Shown here piece by piece: positions 19,185 to 28,057 of a stretch of DNA of 64,000 bases. Position numbers and translations under genes: made by a program. The stretch's first letter is position 1, and each line of letters begins with the position of its first letter. The notes below the pieces were generated by a model, which made no database searches, was not told where the DNA came from, and saw only the letters and a program-made list of their open reading frames with translations. The stretch comes from Acidobacteriota bacterium (GTDB lineage: Bacteria; Acidobacteriota; Vicinamibacteria; Vicinamibacterales; SCN-69-37), in contig CANIII010000022.1 of the NCBI GenBank assembly GCA_947467605.1, positions 3,044 through 67,043 of the forward strand. Reading direction: 5' to 3'.

Positions 19185-19222
19185 TCCGACTTCCACCGTC
19201 CAACTTATATACTTGCTGTTTA

Positions 19223-19945
19223 GTGTCCTCTCCCATCTATCGTCGCGTCCTCCTCAAGCTCTCCGGTGAAGCCCTCATGGGCGAGCAGTCGTACGGCGTC
19301 GATCCGATCGTCGCCTCGCGCATCGCCCACGACATCGGTGAAATTCAATCGCTCGGCGTCCAGACCGCGGTCGTCATCGGCGGCGGCAACATCTTTCGTG
19401 GCATCGCCGCCAGTGCCAAAGGGATGGAGCGCGCGACGGCCGACTATATGGGTATGCTGGCCACGGTCATCAATGCGCTGGCGCTGCAAGACGCCCTGGA
19501 AAAAGCGGGCGTGGTCACCCGGGTGCTCTCCGCGATTGAAATGCGCGCGGTCGCTGAGCCCTTCATTCCCCGCCGCGCCGTGCGCCATCTCGAAAAAGGC
19601 CGCGTCGTCATCTTTGCAGCCGGGACAGGCAACCCGTATTTCACGACCGACACGGCAGCGGCGTTGCGTGCCGCCGAAATGCGCGCAGACGTCATCCTGA
19701 AGGGCACGAAGGTCGATGGCATCTACACCGCCGACCCGATGATCGACAAGACGGCCAAGCGCTACGAGTCGATCTCCTACCTCGAAGTCCTCGAGCGTCA
19801 GCTCAAGGTCATGGACTCGACAGCGATCTCGCTCTGCATGGACAACAAACTCCCGATTGTGGTGTTCAACCTGCGCGAACCGGGTAACATCCGCAAGGTG
19901 ATCATGGGTGAGCCGATCGGCACGACCGTCACGGCATCCCGCTAA
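19223..19945 (+). CDS. pyrH: Uridylate kinase
   Basis: [36 protein letters not shown]. Confidence 0.97.
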   Translation: MSSPIYRRVLLKLSGEALMGEQSYGVDPIVASRIAHDIGEIQSLGVQTAVVIGGGNIFRGIAASAKGMERATADYMGMLATVINALALQDALEKAGVVTRVLSAIEMRAVAEPFIPRRAVRHLEKGRVVIFAAGTGNPYFTTDTAAALRAAEMRADVILKGTKVDGIYTADPMIDKTAKRYESISYLEVLERQLKVMDSTAISLCMDNKLPIVVFNLREPGNIRKVIMGEPIGTTVTASR

Positions 19946-19958
19946 AGGACATACGCAC

Positions 19959-20528
19959 ATGGACGCGATGGATCTGAACGCACTGAAGACGGAAGTCAAA
20001 AAGAAGATGGATGCGGCCGTGGAACACGGCCGCAAGGAACTGGCCAGCGTGCGCACCGGCCGAGCGACCACCAACATGCTCGACTCCGTGCACGTCGATG
20101 CGTACGGCTCCTTGATGCCCCTGAATCAGGTGGCACAACTCTCAATTCCGGAACCGACGATGATCCTGGCGCAGCCGTTCGATCCGACCTTAATCAAAGC
20201 CGTGGAGAAAGGCATCCAGATTGCGAACCTGGGCCTCAACCCGACGAACGACGGCAAGGTGATCCGCATTCCGATTCCGTCACTCAACGAAGAACGCCGC
20301 AAGGAACTCTCGCGCATCGTGCATAAGTACGCCGAAGAAGCGCGCAACGCCGTGCGCAATGTGCGGCGGGAAGCCAACGACTCGATCAAGAAGCTGCTCA
20401 AGGATCACAAGATCTCGGAAGACGATGAGCGCCGCGCACTCGACGACGTGCAAAAGCAAACCGATGCGCACTGCGCGCTGATCGACGAGGCGCAGAAGAA
20501 AAAAGACGTCGACCTACTCGGCAAGTAG
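19959..20528 (+). CDS. frr: Ribosome recycling factor
   Basis: VRTGRA, LGLNPTNDG, EERRKEL, VRNVRR; SD AAGGA. Confidence 0.96.
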   Translation: MDAMDLNALKTEVKKKMDAAVEHGRKELASVRTGRATTNMLDSVHVDAYGSLMPLNQVAQLSIPEPTMILAQPFDPTLIKAVEKGIQIANLGLNPTNDGKVIRIPIPSLNEERRKELSRIVHKYAEEARNAVRNVRREANDSIKKLLKDHKISEDDERRALDDVQKQTDAHCALIDEAQKKKDVDLLGK

Positions 20529-20529
20529 C

Positions 20530-21702
20530 GTGTCGTTCTTCAGTCACCTCGAGTGCTCTGTCCCCTGCGGCGCCGGACCATTCGACGCCCATCAGCCCCA
20601 ACACCTCTGCACATGCGGGATGCCGCTCCTGGCCCGGTACGACGTGGCCGCAGCCGCGCGCTCCTGGCTCAAGGAGTCGCTCGCCGCGCGTGAGCCTTCA
20701 ATGTGGCGCTACCGGGAGCTGATGCCGCTCTTCGACGGCGAGTCCCCGGTGTCGCTCGGTGAAGGCTGGACGCCTCTGATCCATGCCCGTCGCCTCGGCG
20801 CCGCGCTCGGTCTCGGGCAGCTCTTCATCAAAGACGAATCACTCAACCCGACCAATTCATTCAAGGCCCGTGGCTTGTCGGCGGCGGTGACGCGCGCGCA
20901 TCATCTCGGTGCGAAGACGCTCTCAATTCCCACGGCCGGCAATGCCGGAAACGCGATGGCGGCCTACGCTGCGAGCGCCGGCATCACGGCCAAGGTCTTC
21001 ATGCCGCGCGACGTCAAGACGCCGTTCATCCGCGAGTGCGAACTGTACGGCGCCGATGTCACGCTCGTCGACGGCCTCATCACAGACGCCGGCAAGATGG
21101 CGGCTGAACTCAATGCGCAGCACGGGTGGTACGACGTCTCGACGCTGAAAGAGCCGTATCGCATCGAAGGCAAGAAGACGATGGGCTATGAGCTCGCGGA
21201 GCAGTTCAATTGGACGCTGCCCGACTGGATCATCTACCCCACCGGCGGCGGCACGGGCATGGTCGGCATGTGGAAAGCGTTCGAGGAAATGAGCGCGCTC
21301 GGCTGGATCGATCCCAAGAAGCGCCCGCACATGGTGACCGTGCAGGCCGCCAACTGCGCGCCGATTGTCCGCGCGTATGAAGAAGGGACCGAGCGCGCAC
21401 GTCCGTGGGACGGTGCCACAACCATCGCCGATGGCCTGCGGGTGCCGCGCGCGATCGGCGATTTCCTTGTGTTGCGGGCCGTCCGCGAGAGCGACGGCGC
21501 AGCGGTCTCGGTGGCTGACGCGGACATGGTGCCAGGCATGAAGGACCTCGGCCGATTCGAGGGCGTGAGTGCGGCGCCCGAAGGCGGTGCAGCGCTGCAT
21601 GCCTTGCGCGTACTGCAGCAGCAGGGACGCATCACGGCCAACGACACCGTCGTCATCTTCAACACCGGCGGCGCGCTGAAGTATCTCGACGTCTTGGGAT
21701 AA
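20530..21702 (+). CDS. thrC: Threonine synthase-family PLP enzyme
   Basis: SLGEGWTPL, NPTNSFKARG (PLP Lys), EGKKTMGYE, YPTGGG, FNTG. Confidence 0.85.
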   Translation: MSFFSHLECSVPCGAGPFDAHQPQHLCTCGMPLLARYDVAAAARSWLKESLAAREPSMWRYRELMPLFDGESPVSLGEGWTPLIHARRLGAALGLGQLFIKDESLNPTNSFKARGLSAAVTRAHHLGAKTLSIPTAGNAGNAMAAYAASAGITAKVFMPRDVKTPFIRECELYGADVTLVDGLITDAGKMAAELNAQHGWYDVSTLKEPYRIEGKKTMGYELAEQFNWTLPDWIIYPTGGGTGMVGMWKAFEEMSALGWIDPKKRPHMVTVQAANCAPIVRAYEEGTERARPWDGATTIADGLRVPRAIGDFLVLRAVRESDGAAVSVADADMVPGMKDLGRFEGVSAAPEGGAALHALRVLQQQGRITANDTVVIFNTGGALKYLDVLG

Positions 21703-21704
21703 CC

Positions 21705-22709
21705 ATGATCGGGATTCTCTTCACCGGCGGCACGATCTCGATGCGGATCGATCCAGCCACCGGCTCTGCGGTGCCCGCGCTCTCAGCGGAAGACATCGTT
21801 GCGCAGGTCCCTGAGCTCCCCCGCATTGCCGACTTTGAAATCGAGGAATTTGGACGTCTGCCCGGGCCCCATGTCACGCCCGAGCACATGTGGCGGATGG
21901 CCCGTCGCGCGGCGGCGTGGCTCGAGCGCCCCGATGTCGACGGCCTCGTGGTCACGCACGGCACAGACACGATCGAGGAGACCGCGTTCATGCTCGACTT
22001 GCTGATGACCACGGACAAGCCGGTCGTGCTGGTCGGTGCCATGCGCACGGTCTCAGACCCGAGTTGGGATGGTCCCGGCAATCTGATCGCCGCGGCACGT
22101 GTCGCCGCGGCGCCGGTGGCCAGAGGCTGCGGCGTGGTGGTTGTGATGGACGAGCACATCTTCCCCGCCCGTGAAGTCTGCAAGATGCATACGGAGTCGT
22201 CGGGGTCCTTCGCGACGCCAGAGTTCGGCCCGCTCGGCATGGTGGACGGCGGCGAAGTCGTTTTTCGTCGTTGGCCGATGCCGAGACCGAAGTGGCAGAG
22301 CCAAGACGCTGAGCCTGGCATTCGGGTGCGGCGCCTCGAAACCCGCGTGGATTTGGTGCAGGCTTTTACGGGCATGACGGATCGACCGTTGCGACACGCG
22401 ATTGCGGATGGCGCCGTGGGCGTGGCGCTTGTGGCCTTCGGCCGCGGGAATGTCCCGCCCTCCATCGTCCCCGCGGTGCGGGATGCGGTCGCCGCCGGCG
22501 TGCTGGTGACCGTGTCGTCGCGTAGCCTTGCCGGCCGCGTGAGTGCCCGCTACGGATATGACGGGGGCGGACGCCAGCTGCGCGACGCCGGCGCGGTGTT
22601 GTCTGGAGATCTGTCTGGTGCTCAGGCGCGCCTGCTGCAAATGGTCACACTCGGCTACACCGCGGGCGACGCCAATGATGCCGCCGCACTCATCCACGCG
22701 TTCCAGTAG
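21705..22709 (+). CDS. L-asparaginase/glutaminase family
   Basis: TGGTIS and HGTDTIEET catalytic motifs. Confidence 0.9.
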   Translation: MIGILFTGGTISMRIDPATGSAVPALSAEDIVAQVPELPRIADFEIEEFGRLPGPHVTPEHMWRMARRAAAWLERPDVDGLVVTHGTDTIEETAFMLDLLMTTDKPVVLVGAMRTVSDPSWDGPGNLIAAARVAAAPVARGCGVVVVMDEHIFPAREVCKMHTESSGSFATPEFGPLGMVDGGEVVFRRWPMPRPKWQSQDAEPGIRVRRLETRVDLVQAFTGMTDRPLRHAIADGAVGVALVAFGRGNVPPSIVPAVRDAVAAGVLVTVSSRSLAGRVSARYGYDGGGRQLRDAGAVLSGDLSGAQARLLQMVTLGYTAGDANDAAALIHAFQ

Positions 22710-22738
22710 ACGCGTCGGTACTGACCCACTGAATCTTC

Positions 22739-22785
22739 AATGGAGAGCGGGAGTCAATTCGCTGAATTGACTCCCGCTCTCCATT
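22739..22785. repeat. Perfect 22-bp inverted repeat between convergent genes (REP-like or bidirectional terminator)
   Basis: AATGGAGAGCGGGAGTCAATTC-gct-GAATTGACTCCCGCTCTCCATT. Confidence 0.85.
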
Positions 22786-22786
22786 C

Positions 22787-23872
22787 CTAGTCGCCGAAGC
22801 CGATGCCGATGTGGCGGCCGGTCCGAACAAGGTCCCCATCGACGGGCACGTTGCGGGTGCGACCGACGATCGCTTCGATCGGTACGGAGACGATGTCGGG
22901 GGACTTCAGCGCCACCATCACACCGGACTCGCCGCGCTGCAGGGCTTCAACCGCATACGCGCCAAAGCGCGTGGCGAGCACACGGTCATAGGCAGTGGGC
23001 GAACCACCGCGCTGCAAGTGACCGAGCACCACGTGGCGGCTCTCCTTGCCAGACAGTCGCTCAATGTCTTGCGACAACTTGGCGCCAATACCACCAAGCC
23101 GCTCCATCCGATCAGCAGTCCCGGCCACGGCGACTTCGCGCGCGCCATCTGACGGACGCGCCCCTTCGGCGACTACCACGATGCTGAAGCGCGCGCCCCA
23201 CTTGTCGCGTTCGCGAATCCGATCGATCACCTTCGTGATGTCGTACGGAATTTCTGGGATCAGGATCACGTCCGCACCGCCCGCGATGCCTGAGTAGAGG
23301 GCGATCCATCCGGCGTAGCGACCCATGACCTCAACGACCATGACCCGATGATGCGCTTCGGCCGTTGTGTGCAGGCGGTCGATGGCATCCGTGGCAAACG
23401 ACACCGCCGTGTCGAACCCGAAGGTCATGGTGGTTTCGACGATGTCGTTATCGATCGTTTTCGGCACGCCAACCATCGGCACGCCGCGCTTGTGCAGTTC
23501 GTAGGCGATCCCCAGCGTGCCGTCGCCGCCGATCACAATCAGCGCGTCGAGCCCCATCTTCTTGAAATTCTCGCAGCAGAGTTCCGAGTAGTCCGCTGTG
23601 CCTTCGGGCGTCGTGACCGGATACGCAAAGGGGTTGCCCCGGTTCGTGGTGCCGAGAATCGTGCCGCCCAGGCGCAAAATGCCCGTGACGTGCTTCAGCG
23701 TCAGCGGCCACGAACGCTCGGGATAGATCAGTCCATCGAAGCTATCTTCGAGACCGACACACTCAATGCCTTCGTTGGTGGCGGACTTCACGACCGCCCG
23801 AATCACGGCATTGAGGCCAGGGGCATCCCCGCCGCCCGTGAGTACGCCGATGCGTTTGACAGCCTTGGTCAT
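22787..23872 (-). CDS. pfkA: 6-phosphofructokinase
   Basis: LTGGGDAPGLN, GGTILGT, IGGDGT, PKTIDND, EVMGRYAGW, LGHLQRGG. Confidence 0.95.
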   Translation of the reverse strand: MTKAVKRIGVLTGGGDAPGLNAVIRAVVKSATNEGIECVGLEDSFDGLIYPERSWPLTLKHVTGILRLGGTILGTTNRGNPFAYPVTTPEGTADYSELCCENFKKMGLDALIVIGGDGTLGIAYELHKRGVPMVGVPKTIDNDIVETTMTFGFDTAVSFATDAIDRLHTTAEAHHRVMVVEVMGRYAGWIALYSGIAGGADVILIPEIPYDITKVIDRIRERDKWGARFSIVVVAEGARPSDGAREVAVAGTADRMERLGGIGAKLSQDIERLSGKESRHVVLGHLQRGGSPTAYDRVLATRFGAYAVEALQRGESGVMVALKSPDIVSVPIEAIVGRTRNVPVDGDLVRTGRHIGIGFGD

Positions 23873-23879
23873 CTCGTCA

Positions 23880-23888
23880 ACTGTAGCA
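23880..23888 (-). promoter_or_regulatory. Extended -10 (TGcTACAGT) 7 nt upstream of pfkA ATG; probable leaderless promoter
   Basis: Minus strand reads TGCTACAGT-tgacgag-ATG. Confidence 0.6.
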
Positions 23889-23904
23889 TCGGCATTTCAA
23901 CACA

Positions 23905-23934
23905 TTGCTTCGAGGAAATGCCGCGTGTTAGAAT
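23905..23934 (+). promoter_or_regulatory. Sigma70-type promoter for tRNA-Ala
   Basis: TTGCTT-18 bp-TAGAAT with extended TG. Confidence 0.6.
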
Positions 23935-23947
23935 TTGTTCTTGAAGT

Positions 23948-24023
23948 GGGCGACTAGCTCAGCTGGGAGAGCGCTACGTTCGCATCGTAGAGGTCGCGAG
24001 TTCGATCCTCGCGTCGTCCACCA
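23948..24023 (+). tRNA. tRNA-Ala (anticodon CGC)
   Basis: 76-nt cloverleaf, acceptor GGGCGAC/GTCGTCC with G3:U70 alanine identity pair, anticodon arm CTACG-TTCGCAT-CGTAG, TTCGA loop, encoded CCA. Confidence 0.96.
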
Positions 24024-24036
24024 AACTTCCCAACGA

Positions 24037-24276
24037 TTAAGCCTGTTTGCCGGCGTCGAGCTTGCGCTGCAACTCTTCTACGAGCCCGTGGAGTGCCATC
24101 ACGGCCGTCGACTGCGCCAGCGTTGCCCGGCGATACCCCGTCAGGTCCAGGGCGTCGACCATGGTTGTCGGCGGCAAGGCGGCCACCGCGGCAGACATTT
24201 TCTCGATCTCCGCCGAGGCGGCGACAACCCCATTCCACGCATTCTGCAGGGCCAAGACAGCGTTCTGATCGCTCAT
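24037..24276 (-). CDS. Small hypothetical helical protein (79 aa)
   Basis: ORF MSDQNAVLALQ...; TAGAAT 7 nt upstream of ATG; fills gap between tRNA and lolA. Confidence 0.6.
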   Translation of the reverse strand: MSDQNAVLALQNAWNGVVAASAEIEKMSAAVAALPPTTMVDALDLTGYRRATLAQSTAVMALHGLVEELQRKLDAGKQA

Positions 24277-24325
24277 AGAGCCAATTCTACCGCCCGGGAG
24301 GTCTAACGGTAAGATGGCGGTACCC

Positions 24326-24973
24326 ATGCGACTTCTTCTGGCGGTGAGTATTCTGGCGGCTGGTGCGACCTTGGTCGCCGCCCCCCCGCAGGCCGCCTCG
24401 TCTCCGGCGGTGCTGGCTGAAGCCATTCAGGCGCACTACAGCCAGGTCGCGGCATTCACCGCAAACTTCACGCACACGTTCAAGGGCGGCCTCCTGCCCC
24501 AGACGACGGTGGAGCGCGGGAGCGTGAAAATCAAGAAACCGGGCCGGATGCGCTGGACGTACGACAAGCCCAACGAAAAAGAATTTGTGGCAGATGGGCG
24601 GATGCTCTATTCCTATGTGAAGGCCGACCGCACCTGCTACGTCACCGACCTTCCGACCGGCGACCGGGTCTCGACGGCCGTACTTTTTCTGGCCGGCAAG
24701 GGCAACATCCAGCGCGATTTCCGCGCGTCCGCATCGCCGTCGTCATCCGCCACTGAACTCCGGGTGCTGTTGACGCCAATTACGCCGCAGTCCGAGTTCA
24801 CGCAGCTGACCCTCGGCGTCGAGGCCAAAACGCTGAAGCTCGTGACGATGGAAACGGTGGACGTTGATGGCGGTGTCTCCACGTTCCGGTTCGACAACCT
24901 TCGCGAGAATCCATCGCTGCAAGACAAGGAATTCCTCTTCACTCCCCCGAAAGGCGTCGATGTCATCCGATAG
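24326..24973 (+). CDS. lolA: Outer-membrane lipoprotein carrier LolA
   Basis: Signal peptide, FTANFTHT, GSVKIKKPGRMRWTY, FVADG, FLFTPPKGVDVI; alternative ATG at 24314. Confidence 0.88.
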   Translation: MRLLLAVSILAAGATLVAAPPQAASSPAVLAEAIQAHYSQVAAFTANFTHTFKGGLLPQTTVERGSVKIKKPGRMRWTYDKPNEKEFVADGRMLYSYVKADRTCYVTDLPTGDRVSTAVLFLAGKGNIQRDFRASASPSSSATELRVLLTPITPQSEFTQLTLGVEAKTLKLVTMETVDVDGGVSTFRFDNLRENPSLQDKEFLFTPPKGVDVIR

Positions 24974-26780
24974 CACGCGCGCATTTGGTCTTCGGCCCGC
25001 CCTGTGGCACCGGTGGATGTTGAGCGGCACGCTCGTCGCCAGCCTCGCTTCCGGCTGCGCCACGTCGGGCAATGCGCTGCATCAGGCGCAGCAGGCTGAA
25101 TCGCTTCACGACTACGATATTGCAGTCGCCAATTACACCAAGGCACTGCGAGCAGATCCCGGTAGCCGGGACGCCCAACTGGGCCTCGAACGCGCTAGGC
25201 TCCGTGGATCGGAAGCGCACTATTTGCGTGGACAGCGGCTCGTGGCCGTCGGCAAGTTCGACGAGGCGGTCGTCGAACTCCAACTGGCGACGGAACTGAA
25301 CCCGGGCAGCGGCGACGTGGAGCGTGTCCTCCGCTCGACGCGCACCGCTCTGCGCAACAAGCTCGCGATTGAAACCAACGGCCAGACCTCGCTCGAGGCC
25401 GTCCTCGCGCGCACACGCAACACATTGCCACCCAGCATGAACGTCCCGGAGACGAAGCTGCCAGGGTCGATTACCCTTGGACGGGATGCGACGAGTCGTC
25501 AGGCCTTCCAGATCATCGCGGCCTTCGCCAACCTCAATTTGATCTTCGATCAGACATTCCGAGATGCCCCGGCGCCGATCAGCATCAAGAACCTGACGGT
25601 GAAGGAGGCGCTCGATGCACTCGCGCAGAGCACCGGCACGTTCTACAAGGTCTCCGCCCCCGGCACGATTACCGTGGTGCCCGACAACGCCGCCAAGCGA
25701 CGCGAATACGCGGAAGAAATGATCCAAACCTTCTATGTGGGCAACGCGGACATGAAGGAAACGATCGACATGCTCCGCGTCGTCGCCGACGCCCGTGCGA
25801 TCGCCCCCATCAGCGGCACCAGCTCAATTGTGATCCGCGACACACCCGAGCGACTGCATGCGGTGCAACGGCTGCTGACGGCCATCGACAAGGCGCGCCC
25901 TGAAGTCGTGATCGACGTGGAGATCCTCGAAATCGATCGCTCACGTCTGCGTGAATACGGACTGCAGGTGGCCTCACCGGGGTCCAGCGGCCTCAGTGGC
26001 AGTGTGGATGGGAACAGCGACCAGCTGACGTTGCGCAGTCTGAGGAACCTCACGGCATCCGACGCGCTCGTGAGCGGCTTCCCCGCGCTCTACTATCGCC
26101 TGCTCAAGACGGACGCGAACACACGCACGCTGGCCAACCCACACCTGCGGGCGCTCGAGGGCGTGGCCGCCAACGCCAAGTTCGGTGAACGCGTCCCCGT
26201 GCCGAGCGTCACCTTCCAGCCCATCGCGACAGGTGGCGTGAGTCAGCAACCCATCACGTCATTCACCTACGAGAACATCGGCGTCAACATCGATATCACG
26301 CCGCGCACGCACCCGAATGACGACGTCACGTTGACGCTAAAAGTGGAACTGAGCAGCGTGGCCGGCAGCGGCTACAACGGGCTGCCAACATTTGCGAATC
26401 GTCAGATCTCCACACAGATCCGTCTGAAGGATGGCGAAACGAACATCCTCGCCGGCTTGATCCGCGACGACGAGCGGACGACACTGGACGGCATCCCCGG
26501 GCTGAGCGACATCCCAGTCATCGGCCGCTTCTTTGCCAAGAACCACAAGGAGCGTCAGGAGACAGATATTGTGCTGACGCTGACGCCGCACATCGTCCGC
26601 GTCCTCGATCTCGCGGTGGCCGACCTCACGCCGTTGAAGGTCGTGCGCGACACGGGTGTTGCCGGTGCGGCCACTGGGTCAGACATGCCGCTGTTCGGCG
26701 ATCCCATTCCGCGCGACAACGCCGACCCCACCAAACCCAAGACCGGTCTGCCGCCGTCGCCACTCATCATCAAGAAATAG
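24960..26780 (+). CDS. Secretin (GspD/PilQ family) with N-terminal lipobox and TPRs
   Basis: LASGC lipobox; TPR-like helices; EVVIDVEILE, TLANPHLR, IGVNIDITP, LKDGETNILAGL, LSDIPVIGRFF, LTPHIVR; alternative start 25017. Confidence 0.88.
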   Translation: MSSDSTRAFGLRPALWHRWMLSGTLVASLASGCATSGNALHQAQQAESLHDYDIAVANYTKALRADPGSRDAQLGLERARLRGSEAHYLRGQRLVAVGKFDEAVVELQLATELNPGSGDVERVLRSTRTALRNKLAIETNGQTSLEAVLARTRNTLPPSMNVPETKLPGSITLGRDATSRQAFQIIAAFANLNLIFDQTFRDAPAPISIKNLTVKEALDALAQSTGTFYKVSAPGTITVVPDNAAKRREYAEEMIQTFYVGNADMKETIDMLRVVADARAIAPISGTSSIVIRDTPERLHAVQRLLTAIDKARPEVVIDVEILEIDRSRLREYGLQVASPGSSGLSGSVDGNSDQLTLRSLRNLTASDALVSGFPALYYRLLKTDANTRTLANPHLRALEGVAANAKFGERVPVPSVTFQPIATGGVSQQPITSFTYENIGVNIDITPRTHPNDDVTLTLKVELSSVAGSGYNGLPTFANRQISTQIRLKDGETNILAGLIRDDERTTLDGIPGLSDIPVIGRFFAKNHKERQETDIVLTLTPHIVRVLDLAVADLTPLKVVRDTGVAGAATGSDMPLFGDPIPRDNADPTKPKTGLPPSPLIIKK

Positions 26781-26783
26781 GGT

Positions 26784-28055
26784 CTACGAAACCGGACGCT
26801 CCACGCGTTCGACATCGGCGCCAAGTGACGTGAGGCGCTCGACGAGGTTTGCGTAGCCGCGTTCGACGGTTTCGATTTCCAGCACACGACTCTCCCCGTC
26901 CGCAGCGAGGGCCGCGGCAACCAGTGCCATGCCGGAGCGGATGTCGCGACTGTCAAGCGTGCGGCCACGCAGCTGTGTCTTTCCGGTGACGATGATTCGA
27001 TGGGGATCGCACAGGAAAAGATCCGCGTGCATCGCGCTGAGCTGCTCGAGGGCAAAGAGCCGCAGTTCGTACATCCAGTCGTGCACGAGCGTCTTGCCGT
27101 GCGCCTGCGTGCCCAGCACCGTCACGAGGCTCACGATGTCGCTCGGAAAGCCTGGCCACAGATTCGTGGTGAGACGACGGACCGCGTGGAGTTCGGACGA
27201 CCGGATCACGAAGTGGCCGTCGGATAGATCGAAGTCGAGCCCCATCTGCGCGAGCACGGCGGTGATCGGCTCCATGTCGACGGCGAGCACGCCACGCACG
27301 TCGAGATCTCCGCCCGTGACCGCTGCGGCCACAGCCCAGCTCGCCGCTTCGATGTAGTCGCCGCGCAGCGTGTGCGTGGCACCACCGAGGGTCTTCGGCG
27401 GACGGAGTGTCAGTGTCGACGTGCCGATGCCAGCAATCTCGACGCCCATCTTTGCGAGCAGCTCGCAGACTTCGACGACATGCGGCTCGCAGGCCGCGTG
27501 ACGAATCTCGGTCGTCCCCTTGGCGCACGCGGCGGCCAGGAGCGCCGTCTCGGTCCCGGTGACGGAGGCCTCAAGCAAGTACATCGATGCACCAGTGAGC
27601 CCGTGTGGCGCTTCAAGGAAGTGGCCGGCATCGCTCGCCGCGACGGTGGCGCCCAGTGCGACGAGGGCCTGCAAATGGGTGCTGATGGTCCGTCGATTGG
27701 CAAAATCTCCGCCGGGAGGTGCGAGACGCGCGCGACCAGTGCGGCCCAGGAGGGGACCAAGCAACAGCACTGAACCGCGCAGCCGCCCCACGAGCGCCGG
27801 ATCGGGCTCTTCGGTCGTGATCGACTGGCAGCTGACACGCAGCGTCGAGGTGCCCTCGCCCTCTACGGTCGCGCCAAGACTGCGCAGCAACCGGATCATG
27901 ACCGTCACGTCTCGGATCTGCGGTACGTTCCGAATCTCGCATGGCTGATCCGTGAGCAGGCACGCGACGAGAAGGGGCAGCGCCGCATTCTTGTTGCCTT
28001 CAATGTCGACGCGGCCCGATAACCGACGGCCACCGCGAATCACCAGATCTGCCAT
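26784..28055 (-). CDS. murA: UDP-N-acetylglucosamine 1-carboxyvinyltransferase (Asp-type)
   Basis: GNKNAALP, LRGSVLLLGPLL, SVTGTE, AACEPHV, WPGFPSD, DIRSG, ERGY. Confidence 0.94.
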   Translation of the reverse strand: MADLVIRGGRRLSGRVDIEGNKNAALPLLVACLLTDQPCEIRNVPQIRDVTVMIRLLRSLGATVEGEGTSTLRVSCQSITTEEPDPALVGRLRGSVLLLGPLLGRTGRARLAPPGGDFANRRTISTHLQALVALGATVAASDAGHFLEAPHGLTGASMYLLEASVTGTETALLAAACAKGTTEIRHAACEPHVVEVCELLAKMGVEIAGIGTSTLTLRPPKTLGGATHTLRGDYIEAASWAVAAAVTGGDLDVRGVLAVDMEPITAVLAQMGLDFDLSDGHFVIRSSELHAVRRLTTNLWPGFPSDIVSLVTVLGTQAHGKTLVHDWMYELRLFALEQLSAMHADLFLCDPHRIIVTGKTQLRGRTLDSRDIRSGMALVAAALAADGESRVLEIETVERGYANLVERLTSLGADVERVERPVS

Positions 28056-28057
28056 TG

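Noticed and set aside
23948-24313. Possible integrative element at tRNA-Ala
   Set aside because: No integrase, no duplicated tRNA 3' end and no compositional shift seen
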